Shown here in pieces: positions 35,731 through 48,295 of a DNA stretch of 64,000 bases. How positions within the stretch are numbered: position 1 is the first letter of the stretch; each line of letters begins with the position of its first letter. A program made the translations under genes and the position numbers. Under the pieces are notes generated by a model that saw only the letters and a program-made list of their open reading frames with translations, did not search any database and was not told the origin of the DNA. This DNA comes from an uncultured delta proteobacterium (GTDB lineage: Bacteria > Desulfobacterota > BSN033 > UBA1163): positions 1,056,001-1,120,000 of the forward strand of contig CAVPSJ010000004.1 of assembly GCA_963708295.1 (NCBI GenBank), written 5' to 3'.

Positions 35731-38700
35731 ATGGGAAAGATAAAAAATAATTCCCAGGGCCGCCAAAGAAATCCAATCAGAACCTTCCAGGCTATTCTAA
35801 TCAGTCTGGTTCTGGTCGCCTTTGACAGGTACTCTCGCCTTCGCTGACATAACGCCAGGTACGGGCCTCGATAAGCAGGATAATAAAATCCTGCTGGAAA
35901 AGGCATTCAAAATACAGATGCCTTTCATCGAAAATCAAGGGCAGATAGCGGATGAGCAAGTCCGGTTCTATGCAAAGACCTTTGGGGGGGCAATCTATGT
36001 GACAAAAGAAGGAGAGATGGTCTACTCCTTTATTAAATCTGAATCGAATCACAATCCGAAAAAGAGACGCATAGAAACGAAACCAGATTCTGAAACCACT
36101 CAGATTATCACATTCAAAGAAAAACTTGTTGGTGCTTCAACCCGTTCTCCGGAGGGCTCTGAAAAAGGGGAAACAAAAGTTAATTACTTTGTTGGTAATG
36201 ACCCAAACAAGTGGAAAACAAATTTGAGCACGTACGAAGTTGTGAGCCTTGGAGAGGTTTATCAGGGGATCGATTTACGATTAAAGGCGTACGGGAAAAA
36301 TGTCGAGAAAATTTTTGCGGTCAAACCAGGTGCTGACCCTGGAGCTATAAAGTTAAAGATTGATAGGGGCGCCGCCCTAGAGATTAATGAAAATGGAGAA
36401 CTTGAAGTTGACACCGGTCTCGGGGTAGTGAGTTTTGCTAAGCCTTTGGCCTACCAGGAAATCAATGGCAAGCGCCAAGAAGTTAAGGTAGCTTATCTCC
36501 TTAAAAACTCTGAACTCCGAACTCCGAACCCCGAACTGGCATATGGCTTCGAAGTTCTTGAATACGACAAATCCGTTCCCCTTATTATCGACCCTGTTTT
36601 GGCCTACTCCACATACCTCGGAGGAAGCGGCGGTGATTCCGGTTACGGGATTGCAGTTGATGGTTCCGGAAATATTTACATTACTGGGACTACCGCCTCT
36701 ACCAACTTCCGGACAGTAGGTCCTATCCAGGCTAGCAATGCAGGGAGTATTGACGTCTTTGTGACAAAGATCAATGCCCCTGGCAATGCTCTCGTTTACT
36801 CCACATACCTCGGAGGAGGTGGCGATGATTATGGGGATAGGATTGCAGTTGATGGTTCCGGAAATGTTTACCTCACCGGCTATACCACATCCACCGACTT
36901 CCCCACAGTAAGTGCTTCTCAGCCTACCTATAGAGGAGGGACTTTTGACGCCTTTGTGACAAAGATCAATGCATCCGGCAATGCCCTGGTTTACTCCACA
37001 TACCTCGGAGGAAGTGGCGCAGACAGTGGCAATGCGATTGCAGTTGATGGATCCGGAAATGTTTACCTCACCGGAACAACCTCCTCCATCAACTTCCCCA
37101 CATCAGAGTATCCTGTCCAGAATTTGAATGCAGGGGGTTCTGACGCCTTTGTGTCGAAGATCGATGCATCCGGTACTCTGGTTTACTCCACCTACCTCGG
37201 AGGAAATGGCGATGATTATGGCTTTGGGATTGCAGCAGATACTTTCCGAAATATTTACGTTACTGGGAGAACCAAATCCACCGATTTTCCTGGACCAAAA
37301 ACTATCCAGTCTACCCCCTTTCCCTCAGTTGGTGGGGGGTATTGGGATGCCTTTGTGGCAAAGATCGATGCCTCCGGTACCTTCCCTTACTTAACCCTGG
37401 TTTACTCTACATACCTGGGAGGAGATTACGGTGAAGATGGCTATGCGATTGCAGTAGATAGTTCCCAAAATGTCTACATCACAGGGACTACTCATTCTAC
37501 GAACTTTCCCACAGTAAATTCTATACAGGCTAGCAATGCAGGGGCTTCTGATTGCTTTGTCACAAAGATAAACCCCGCTGGTAGTACCTTTGTATACTCG
37601 ACTTACCTCGGAGGAAATTTCGATGACGTATGTGAGGGGATTGCAGTGGATGGTTCTGGAAATGTTTACATCACAGGCTCTACCATCTCTGCCAACTTCC
37701 CTACATCAAATCCTATCCAGATTAACAATGCAGGGTTAGTTGACGTCTTTGTAACAAAAATAAATCCAGCTGGTAGTGCTCTTGTGTACTCGACTTACCT
37801 TGGAGGTAGTGGAGAAGATCAAAGCCGAGGGATTGCAGTTGATGGTTCGGGAAATGTTTACCTCGCTGGCTCAACCTCCTCCACCAACTTCCCCATATCA
37901 AGTAGTCCTATCCAGGGTTCCAATGCGGGGGGTACTGACGTCTTTGTGGCAAAAATTGGTGATCGTTTGCTAACTGTTACAAAGTCTGGCACAGGAACAG
38001 GTACGGTAACGAGCTCCCTTTTTGGCATAAATTGCGGTCCCGTATGCACCAACGCGCAGAGCTCTTTCGGTGATGGGGACGTAGTTACCCTGACTGCCGC
38101 GCCAGCCGCAGGTTCTTATTTTGGAGGCTGGTCAGGGGATTGTGTAAGCCAGGCTTTGACCTGCAAAGTAACCATGGATGCAGCAAAAAACGTAACCGCC
38201 ACGTTTACTACGACTCCACCACCGGTTACTACATGGGCAAAAACTTACGGCGCTGGCGGAGATGATTATGCCAACTCAATCCAGCAGACCTCAGATGGTG
38301 GGTATATTGTGGCAGGTGCCAGTTATCCTGGCGCTTCAGGGTACTCTTACGGTGATCTCTGGGTATTAAAACTCAGGATTGATGGCACTGTGGATTGGCA
38401 AAAAACTTATGGTGGCTCAGACGTTGATTTCGGTGGTTTGATTCAGCAGACCGCAGATGGTGGGTATATTGTGGCAGGTACTACATATTCTTTCGGTGCA
38501 GGAAACGGCGATCTCTGGGTATTGAAACTTTTCAGTGACGGCACCGAAGACTGGCAAAAAGCTTATGGCGGGTCAGGCAATGATTCTGCCTCCTCAATCC
38601 AGCAGACATCAGATGGTGGATATATTGTGACGGGTACCACATATTCTTTCGGTGCAGGAAACGGCGATCTCTGGGTATTAAAACTTAAGAGTGATGGCAC

Positions 38701-41700
38701 TGTGGATTGGGAAAAAACTTATGCTGGCTATTATAACCGTGACTCGGCTTCTTCCGTTCAGCAGACCTCAGATGGTGGGTATATTGTGGCAGGGTCTAGC
38801 GAAATTATTGGTACAGGATTCGATATCTGGGTTCTGAAACTTAACGGTGAGGGTGCTGTGGATTGGCAAAAAACTTATGGTGGATCAGCCGATGACTATG
38901 CCTCCTCGATCCAGCAGACTTCAGATGGTGGATATATTCTGGCAGGATATACTGTTACGATTCAGGATGAAACTGCTTTAGTTATGAAGCTTGATAGTGG
39001 AGGGAACGTTCTCTGGGGGAAAACTTATGATGGCCCAGGCGATGAATATGCTTCTTCCGTTCAGCAGACCGCAGATGGTGGGTATATTGTGACAGGTACC
39101 ATTTATCCTGGTTCTCATGGGAACACTCTCGGTGATCTCTGGGTATTAAAAATGAGGAATGATGGCACTGTAGATTGGCAAAAAACTTATGGCGGGTCAG
39201 GCAATGATTCTGCCTCCTCAATCCAGCAGACCTCAGATGGTGGATATATTGTGGCAGGTGGTACCAAATCCTTCGGTGCCGGCATGTATGATTTCTGGGT
39301 ACTGAAACTTGATTCAAATGGAAATATCTCCGGCTGTCCAGGAGGAGTAATAGGGGCATCTTCAGCCGCAGAGGGAAGCCCGACCATAACGGTGACGTCA
39401 CCTACTCTGACTATTGGGAATTCCTCTGCATCAATATATGACGTTGGTATTACCAATGCGACAACGACCGTAACTGCCGTGGAAGTGTGCACAGGGATAC
39501 CTTGTTCCTTTTCAATTTCACCCACCAGTGATTACTATCCATCTGGAGGAGGAAATGGATCTGTCAATGTAATAGCGCCCATTGGGTGTAGCTGGTCAGC
39601 GTATAGCAATGACTCGTGGATCATCCGTACCTCATTGCCCGATGGTTCTGGAAACGGAACAGTAAGTTACTTGGTTGCGATAAACTCCCCCCCTCCTGGT
39701 CCCCTTCGAACCGGGACAATGACCATTGCCGGTCACACGTTTACAGTATATCAAGACGCTTTCGACGACCCAGATAGTGATCATGACGGCCTTTCAGATG
39801 CCTGGGAGATGGCCTACTTCGGAAATCTAAACCAGGGAGCTTCGGGCGATCCGGATGGCGATGGTTACAGTAACGCAAGAGAGTTTGCTCTCGGAACCGA
39901 GCCCAATAATCCCTCATCTTATCCAACTTCATATGTCCCGGATGCTGAGCGCAATGCGCTCATCGACCTTTACAACAGCACCAATGGAGACGGTTGGACC
40001 AATCAAACCAACTGGCTCAGTATGACAGTAAGCGAGTGTGTCTGGTATGGGGTGTCTTGTACCGGTAATCATGTCGTGCAACTTGATCTGACGGATGCAA
40101 ATACCCTTATCGGGACGATTCCATTGTCGATCGGTAACCTGACGAACCTTGAGCTTCTCGCCCTTGACAACAACCAGCTAGCGGGGAGCATTCCCGCCCA
40201 GCTTGGAAGCCTGGCGAACCTTCAGTATCTCGCTCTTGGCAACAACCAGCTGACGGGGAGTATTCCGGATCAGCTTGGAAGCCTGACGAGCCTCCGGGAA
40301 TTATATCTGGGTGAAAACCAGCTTACGGGAAGCATCCCAGCCTCACTTGGCAACCTGACGAGCCTCTATTATTTAAATCTACAAAACAACCAGCTTGCGG
40401 GAAACATCCCAACCTCACTTGGCAACCTGACGAGCCTATATATATTAAATCTACAAAACAACCAGCTTACGGGGAGCATTCCACCTCAGTTTGGGAACCT
40501 GACGTACCTCCAGCGTTTACTTTTATACAACAACCAGCTTACGGGGAACATTCCATCAGGGCTTGGGAACCTGGTGAACCTCGAGGAATTATATTTATAC
40601 AACAACCAGCTTACGGGGAACATTCCACCAGAGCTTGGGAACCTGTGGAACTTCCTGTATCTATTAATTCTGGACAACAACCAGCTTACGGGGAGTATTC
40701 CGAGCGAACTTGGTAACCTGACAAACCTACAGTATCTATCATTGGTCAGCAACAAGCTCACGGGTGCAATACCAGCCTCTCTTACAAAACTAACTGGTTT
40801 GGTTGATAATAATAGTGATCTTCGCTGGAATGCCCTCTACACGACGGATAGTACTTTACGTACCTTCCTCAACCAGAAGCAGTACGGTGGCAACTGGGAA
40901 AGCACCCAGACTGTGGCACCAACCAACCTAACTGCTACAGTGCTTTCGAGCACTTCGGTGCAGTTGACTTGGATTCCAATCGCTTATATGGGAGACTCAG
41001 GCGGATATGAGATCTGGAAGGGGACACCTGGGCCTGGAGGAACAGTTTGGAGTCTTGAGTACACCACACCGAACAAAAGCACCAATGCTTACACAGTAGG
41101 TGGCCTTACACCCGGTATACTCTATGATTTCAAACTTCGCACAGTGACCAACTCTCATCCCAACAACCAGAACACCGTCTATAGTGAATACTCACTCCCC
41201 ACCTCAGGGGACGAGTTTACAGGGGATTTGATTGACCGAACCGTTTGGGTGGATCTGGAGGTTTTCAGACGAGTCAACAATGGAGTTCTCGAATCGGAAC
41301 TCAGGCGCCATGGGTCAAACGCTTCCAATTATTTGCATTTTTACGATCCAGATACAATCAATTCCTTCCAGGCGGACGTGATTGTAAAAGCCTATGAGAA
41401 TAATGGCAGTTATCCTCACGCAAGTCTTTTGAGTTATACCTATAACGATGGGTCCCCAGGAGACGGAGCGACAGGAGATGTAGTAGGGGTTGTTGGAATT
41501 GGACATAATGGAACCGAACTCGAAGGTTTCTATAGTATTTCGAGATGCATTGCGCCTAACTGCAATCTCCCAAACGAGATACAACCCATTTGTTCAGGAA
41601 GGATAGGACTTGCTGCATTGAACACAACTTATCCGTTGTCTTTTGCCTGGAATGATCTAACATCTACTTTCACCTTCACCTTTGGGGCCGGCGCACCTGT

Positions 41701-44700
41701 TAACGTTAACTCTTCGAATTGCCCACTTCTTCCATCAAATGTAGGTCATCTCCCGCCGAAAGTGGAATTGAAAGGCATCGGTACCCGTATAGTCAATATT
41801 ACTACTGGCTCTCAGGAAGGGGGATTTATAGCTGCCACATTCGATAATGTTTACAAAAATGGTTCTTCTTACGACACCTTTGATTCCTCTACGATAGATC
41901 TAACGAAGTGGTGGGGAACCTTGGAGCTTGTCCGAATGGTTGACAATGGTTCACTCGTTTCAGAATTGACCCAACGCGGTGTCAATGGCACGAACAATAT
42001 GAGTCTTGTTGACTCCCAGCATATTTTAGGATTTGAGGCTGATCTGAAAGTTGTTGAATTTCAGAACAGCGGAGCTCGTCCGCTGGCCAGGCTTTATGCC
42101 TCTTTGTATAACGATGGAACTGGAAACAGTACGCCGGGTGATTTGACAGGCGATGTCAATGTTGCAGTTGGGATTTCGGGGCAAGGCAGCAATCTCCAGG
42201 CATTCTTTGCCGTTACGAGATGCCTTGCAAACAACTGTAATTTAGCAGGATGAATATGAGTTTCTTGACCAAGGACAAGGATTCTTCCCTGTACCCATCG
42301 CACTTAATGAGGCTCATAGGTTCTCTATTTCCTGGAACGGATCGAATGTTACCCTTGGTTGCGATGGCAATATAATCTCTTACGACCCAACTTCCGCAGG
42401 CGACGGTTGCTGGACCTCCCAAGGGCCGTAAAGGCATCGGCACCCGCGTGAATGAGATCAATGACGCCGTCTGAATGGGCTTATGTCTCTGCAGCGTTTG
42501 ATAATGTAGTGATCACCGAGATGGACACTGACTTGGATGGTCTTGCAGATAGCTGGGAGATGGCGAACTTCGGAACATTGGGTCAAGGAGCTGGGCGATC
42601 CGGACGGCGATGGTTTAACGAACCTCCAGGAGTACCAATACGGGACTAACCCGAACCAAGCAAACGGGCCATATACCATCAGTGCCACAGCAGGAGCTGG
42701 TGGAGGCATCACTCCTTCCGGAGCAGTGACTGTTAATTATGGAGGTAGCCAAACATTTAACATCACAATTAATTCCGGCTACCATATTGCTGATGTGGTG
42801 GTGGACGGCGTCTCTCAGGGTACGATCCCCAGCTACACCTTCACCAATGTCACTGCTGGTCATACGATCTCAGTTACCTTTGCAAGCGATACGTATACGA
42901 TCACGGCCTCTGCGGGGCCGAACGGGAGCATCACACCCTCCGGGGCGGTGTCAGTGAATTATGGATCTGATCAGACTTTTACCATTGCTCCAGATCCAGG
43001 CTATCACGTTGAAAGCGTATCGGTCGATGGAGGAGCACTGACTCCGCCACCTACTACCTATACCTTCACGAATGTGACCGCTGACCACACCATCAGCACA
43101 ACCTTCAGCATTAATCCGACTATTTCCAGCATCGCACCCAATTATGGCACCATAGCAAATAACCCTCTAAACTTCACCCTTTACGGCACGGGGTTTAATG
43201 CGGGAGCGACTGTACAATTAACCAATTTTGTGTTGATAGACCCAACCCTACCGAATCCAGGTTCCATAGATGCCACAGGTGTTAGCGTTAGCGGTGGGGG
43301 AACGTCTATCAATGGCCGGTTTGATCTTACGAAAGCGGGTATAGGGCAGTATGATGTTGTGGTAACAAACCCCGATGGCCAGTCAGCGATTCTCAGCAAA
43401 GGGTTCACAGTTCTAGATACAAACCCGCCTGTTACTACGGCCATCCCGCGCGGTGCGACTTACAACGCCTCCCTGAGTGTCACCTTGCTGACCAACGAAC
43501 CGGCCACCATTCACTACACTACGGATGGGAGTGAGCCCAGTTTAGGTTCCGCGCAATACACGAATCCTATCCCCATATCAGCGACGACCACCCTTAAATT
43601 CTTTGCCATCGATGCCGCTGGGAATCCTGAAGCCACCAAAACTGAGATTTATACGATAGACACGAGATTTGGGGCGATCGCTGTTCTCGATTCCCCAACA
43701 CCTGAATTGATCATCCCGGTTACGTCGATATTCACTTTCCCCGACGGGGGGACCCGAGCAATTGTGGTAGATTGTCACAAGGTGAACCATACGTTGAGGG
43801 ATTCGGAGGGCAACGTGCTGCTCCCAACGGACTATCTCAAGCATTATGTGATTGGGCCTCCAGATACTCCGGGGAGTGATGTTAAAACCTATTCCGGCGA
43901 CGTGCCGGTAACCTGCGATCTCGCTCAGCTTTATCCGCCCGAGTCCCTGCTCGTTGGAGACTACACCCTTGAGGTCAACTACTCCAACTTCTTCCAGCCT
44001 CCGGGAATCCATCTCTTCCAGGGGATCTATAAGCGCGGTTCCAATCCCTGTTCACGTTGCCGAGGCCATCGCTACGCATATCATAACGGCCGAGGCGGGA
44101 GCCGGAGGGAGCATCTTGCTAGCCGATTCCGTTGTGTCCGGTCCGGTTGTGGTCAGGCACGAGAGTAGTCCGACCTTCGCCATTGCTCCAGATCCACGCT
44201 ATCACGTTCAAGACGTTTTGGTGGATGGGGTTTCACAGGGAGCGATTACCAGTTATACCTTCACGAATGTAACCGCTGATGACCATACCATCAGCGCAAC
44301 CTTCGGCATTAATCCTCTGACTATTTCCAGCATCACGCCCAATTATGGCACCATAGCAAATAACGCTCGAGGCTTCACCCTTGAGGGGACGGGGTTTAAC
44401 GCGGAAACGACTGTACAACTAACCAATTTTGTGTTGATAGACCCAACCCTACCGAATCCAGGATCCATTGATGCTACAGTTGATACCGTTGGGGGAACGT
44501 CTATCACTGGCCGGGTTGATCTTACGAAAGCGGGTATAGGGCAGTATGATGTCGTGGTAACAAGCCCTGATGGCCAGTCAGCGATTCTCCCCAAAGGGTT
44601 CACAGTTCTAGATACAAACCCGCCTGTTACTACGGCCATCCCGCGCGGTGCGACTTACAACGCCTCCTCTGAGTGTCACCTTGCAGGCGAACGAACCGGC

Positions 44701-46221
44701 CACGATTTACTACACTACGGATGGGAGTGAACCCAGGTTAGGTTCCCCGCAATACACGAATCCTATCCCGATATCAGCCACGACCACCCTTAAATTCTTT
44801 GCCATCGATGCCGCTGGGAATCCTGAAGCGACCAAAACTGAGACTTATACGATAGACACGGGATTCAAGGCGACCGCCGTACTCGCAACCCCAACACCTG
44901 AATTGATCATCCCGGTTACGTCGACATTCACTTTTCCTGAGGGGACCCAAGCAATTGTGGTAGATTGTTACAAGGTGAACCATACGCTGAGAGATTCAAA
45001 TGGCAACGTGCTGCCCATAACGGACTATCTCAAGCATTATGTCATTGGACCCCCAGATACTCCGGGGAGTGATGTTAAAACCTACTCCGGCGACGTGCAG
45101 GTGACCTGCGATCTCGCTAAGCTGTATCCGCCCGATGCCCTGCAGCTTGGAAATTACACCCTTGAGGTCAACTATTCCAACTTCTTCCAGCCTCCGGGAA
45201 TCCAACTCTTCCGGGGATCTATGAGCGCGATCCAATCCCTGTTCGCGTTGCCGAAGCCATCACTACCCATATCATCACGACCGAGGCGGGAGCCGGAGGG
45301 AGCATCTTCCTATCCGGTTCCGTTGTGTCGGGTCGCGTTGTGGTCAGGGACGGGAGTAGTCCGAGCTTCACCATTGCTCCAGATCCAAGCTATCAGGTCC
45401 AAGACGTATTGGTGGATGGGGTCTCACAGGGAGCCATCTCTTCCTATACCTTCGGCGATGTCCGTGCTGGTCACACGATTTCAGCCACCTTTGCGATCAA
45501 CACTTACACCATTACGGCCACGGCTGGAGCCCATGGAAGTATCACTCCCTCCGGGACGGTGACAGTGAATTATGGGGCTAACAAGACCTTCACGATTAAG
45601 CCGAATACAAGTTACCACGTGGCGAATGTGTTGGTGGATGGAGTCTCGGTGGGTGCAGTCACCACTTATACCTTTAGTAATGTGAACGCGAACCACACGA
45701 TCTTGGCAACTTTTGCGATTAGTACTTACACCATTACGGCCACGGCTGGAGCCCATGGAAGTATCACTCCCTCCGGGACGGTGACAGTGAATTATGGGGC
45801 TAACAAGACCTTCACGATTAAGCCGAATACAAGTTACCACGTGGCGAATGTGTTGGTGGATGGAGTCTCGGTGGGTGCAGTCACCACTTATACCTTTAGT
45901 AATGTGAACGCGAACCACACGATCTCGGCAACTTTTACGAGTAACACCTATCTCCTCACTGTTAGAAAAGCCGGTACGGGTTCCGGAGATGTTACTGCTT
46001 CACCCGGAACCCTTACTTGGAATGGCAATGTGGGGACAGCCATGTACAACGCTGGCACAAAGGTAACGCTAACAGCCACCGCAAATACAGGATCTACCTT
46101 TACGGGCTGGTCTGCGTCCTGTTCAGGAACCGGGAGTTGCTCGACCGTAATAATTGGGTCTAAGGTCACGGTGAATATGTGTGGGCCATGCAATGCCACA
46201 GCAACTTTTAGGAAGAAATGA
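35731..46221 (+). CDS. Giant secreted mosaic surface protein (~3,500 aa if joined), frameshifted into ORFs 35822-42253, 42452-42649, 42537-44168, 43954-44730, 44648-45562 and 45325-46221
   Basis: GGAGG RBS, ATG 35731 and a signal peptide joined by removing one T at ~35821; SBBP propeller repeats (YSTYLGG), InlB-B-like repeats, QQTSDGGYIVAG propeller, BACON, DxDxDG, plant-type LRRs (NQLTGSIP), FN3, duplicated ~220-aa domain, IPT-like and YTTDGSEP (CHB_HEX_C/Fn3-assoc) domains continuing across frames. Confidence 0.82.
42982..45370 (+). repeat. ~1.19 kb intragenic tandem duplication
   Basis: ccattgctccagatcca at 42982, 44180 and 45371; long near-identical stretches (e.g. TNFVLIDPTLPNPGSIDAT, DYLKHYVIGPPDTPGSDVKTYSGD). 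Confidence 0.85.
45502..45925 (+). repeat. 222-bp-period tandem repeat with an identical 202-bp core
   Basis: 45502-45703 is identical to 45724-45925 by direct reading. Confidence 0.88.
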
Positions 46222-46344
46222 AGCGAATGATAATCTATTGGTAACCATGAAAGAGAAAGGGGAATGACCATGAAAAGGAAACGAAGTGAAGGATCATCGA
46301 TGATCCGGGAGAACATGAACCCAATAATAAAGGAGGTGATTCAG

Positions 46345-47214
46345 ATGAAAAGGAGAGAAGGGTTAGGGTCATGGATGTACGCAATGCTGATGACAGTGGC
46401 TGTAATGGGCATGAGCTTGCTCGTGAGTCAGGTACCCGCGCAAGCTGCCGTTGACTGTGCTACTGTCAGTGCAACTAGCAAGACGGACACGGACGGTGAT
46501 GGTTTTACGGACTATGACGAATGTAGGGGGATTACGTTTGCAGGGGGCGGCACTTTTCCTGGAAAGAACACCGCGAATAGGCCAACTGACAGATCCCAAT
46601 ATCTCGATCCCGATACCAAGGACCTCTTCATCATCGTAGCCAGGAAAACGCCTACCCTTATGCCCCCGAAACCCACGAATGCGGAGGATGTGGCCTATTG
46701 GTTTGAGTATGTCTCCCATCCCGTGGGCCAGAGCACGGGCCAGTTCGGCCTCGGGTTTGCTGTCCACGAGATCACTGCGACAAATGCGGCTACCGATCGG
46801 ACAGTATGTCCTAAAACAGGTTCAACAGCCTGCCAAATACCGACGGGCCAAACCGCCAGACAAAAAGCGGTGAAGATAAGCGAAAGTTTGGACCAGACCG
46901 CCGACAACACACTTGGATATACCAGCAGTTGCGGAACTCCAAACGGTCCAGACCTTACGACGGTTTATACCCAAAAGATATATAATTTGCTTTCCAGAAT
47001 TGGTCAACAGAGTCAAGTGGACCTATATATCAAGCACACGATTGCCCATGAAATCGGGCATACGGTTGGTCCGTTGGCGCCAGTTTCGGGCTACCACTAT
47101 GAATCCGCAAACAATAATCTTATCATGGACAAGTCAGTCTATCAGTCGGGGAACAACGTTTATGTTGGGACGCAGTACACTACCGGTGACCAGGCCGGAA
47201 TTCACTTAAAATGA
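46345..47214 (+). CDS. Secreted protein with DxDxDG motif and HEXXH zincin-like site
   Basis: AAGGAGGTG RBS; signal peptide AQA-A; DTDGDGFTD; KDLFI; IAHEIGH...H...IM. Confidence 0.78.
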   Translation: MKRREGLGSWMYAMLMTVAVMGMSLLVSQVPAQAAVDCATVSATSKTDTDGDGFTDYDECRGITFAGGGTFPGKNTANRPTDRSQYLDPDTKDLFIIVARKTPTLMPPKPTNAEDVAYWFEYVSHPVGQSTGQFGLGFAVHEITATNAATDRTVCPKTGSTACQIPTGQTARQKAVKISESLDQTADNTLGYTSSCGTPNGPDLTTVYTQKIYNLLSRIGQQSQVDLYIKHTIAHEIGHTVGPLAPVSGYHYESANNNLIMDKSVYQSGNNVYVGTQYTTGDQAGIHLK

Positions 47215-47250
47215 ACATCCTTGTAAAGTAAATGCGAAATACCCCCAAAC

Positions 47251-47279
47251 ATCTCCCCTCCCCATGCGGGAGGGGGGAT
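47251..47279. repeat. GC-rich intergenic hairpin (REP-like or terminator/stability element)
   Basis: atctcccctccc-catgc-gggaggggggat. Confidence 0.55.
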
Positions 47280-47319
47280 TTAGAAGATATCACCAAGAAA
47301 CAAAAAGGAGGATTAGACT

Positions 47320-47844
47320 ATGAAGAAAAGTATGGGAGTGCTTATTTTTTTGTTCTTGGCAGGAATGATTCTGGGGACCATACAACCAGCTATGCTTTTT
47401 GCAGGTGAGACAGGAGGAGGCAACATCTGGGATCAATTTGTATATAATAAGTCTTTTTCGGGAATCAAGCTGCAGGGACCATTAAGCATCTATTACGAGT
47501 ATAATTTTGCGGGAGGAGACTTTGTGTATTGCGGGAGCGAGGGGGAATCGTACATGGTAACCATGTACTATACAGTGAGATTGAAAAAAGCAGGCGATCC
47601 GACTCTTTGGGTGTTCGAGGGGTCGTCTCAGCGGTCTCATTCTTGCGGAATCTGCTTGAACGACATATTAGGTCAAGGAGAGGAAATAAACAATTTCTTA
47701 GGAGATATTGTTCTTGGAAATATTGTTGCGATTCCACCGATTTTTCCAAACGGGGTTAAAGAATGGCATTTGACATCTATTGATAACGCTCAATTTTACG
47801 ATCGAGCTTACCCCCAAGTAGAGCATTTGTTGCGGATATTGTAA
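47320..47844 (+). CDS. Secreted hypothetical protein
   Basis: AGGAGG RBS and signal peptide; the C-terminus may be frameshifted. Confidence 0.75.
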   Translation: MKKSMGVLIFLFLAGMILGTIQPAMLFAGETGGGNIWDQFVYNKSFSGIKLQGPLSIYYEYNFAGGDFVYCGSEGESYMVTMYYTVRLKKAGDPTLWVFEGSSQRSHSCGICLNDILGQGEEINNFLGDIVLGNIVAIPPIFPNGVKEWHLTSIDNAQFYDRAYPQVEHLLRIL

Positions 47845-48067
47845 TTAAAGCAAAGCCACAGTAAAGCAGTAAGCCGCTTAGCCGGTAAGGAATAAACAAG
47901 CGGTTTAAAGGAGCGCCTTAAACGGGTCGCGGCAGGTGTGTGTTTGCATGCCCGTTTAGGTTGTGCGGAGCCGGGTCCTATTTCATTCGTCCTTGATGAC
48001 GAATTAAATTTTGCTCGGAGGTGTCACCTGTGATCATATTATGCCACACGGTTCAAAAGGAAGAAGT

Positions 48068-48295
48068 ATGAAGAAACTGTCAATACGGGAGGTTCGCCAG
48101 TCGCTGTCACATTTGGATCGGTTGCTTGCGATTGAGGGAGAAGTCATGATCACCCGTCGTGGAGACCCGATTGCTAAGGTAGTTCAAGTTGGAAAGAAGA
48201 GACCCATTCCTTCACACCGTGATCTTCGCGAGGGGATGAAGCGGATACATAAGGGAAGCGAGACTGTGCTCCGCAAGGACAGAGACGAAAGATGA
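48068..48295 (+). CDS. Phd/YefM-family antitoxin
   Basis: MKKLSIREVRQSLS...EVMITRRGDPIAKV; ATGA overlap with the PIN gene. Confidence 0.88.
   Translation: MKKLSIREVRQSLSHLDRLLAIEGEVMITRRGDPIAKVVQVGKKRPIPSHRDLREGMKRIHKGSETVLRKDRDER

Noticed and set aside
36590-39320. Regularly spaced DNA repeats (tactccacatacctcggagga; cagcagacctcagatggtgg) resembling a CRISPR array
   Set aside because: They are in-frame beta-propeller coding repeats with synonymous variation and related 'spacers'; there are no cas genes.
42251-42253. TGA ending the 2143-aa ORF as selenocysteine
   Set aside because: Not in a redox motif; the paralogous repeat shows the protein continuing in a shifted frame.
42982-45925. Near-identical repeat pairs as DGR template/variable regions
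   Set aside because: No reverse transcriptase in the window; both copies are coding; one pair is identical and the other's differences are not adenine-specific.
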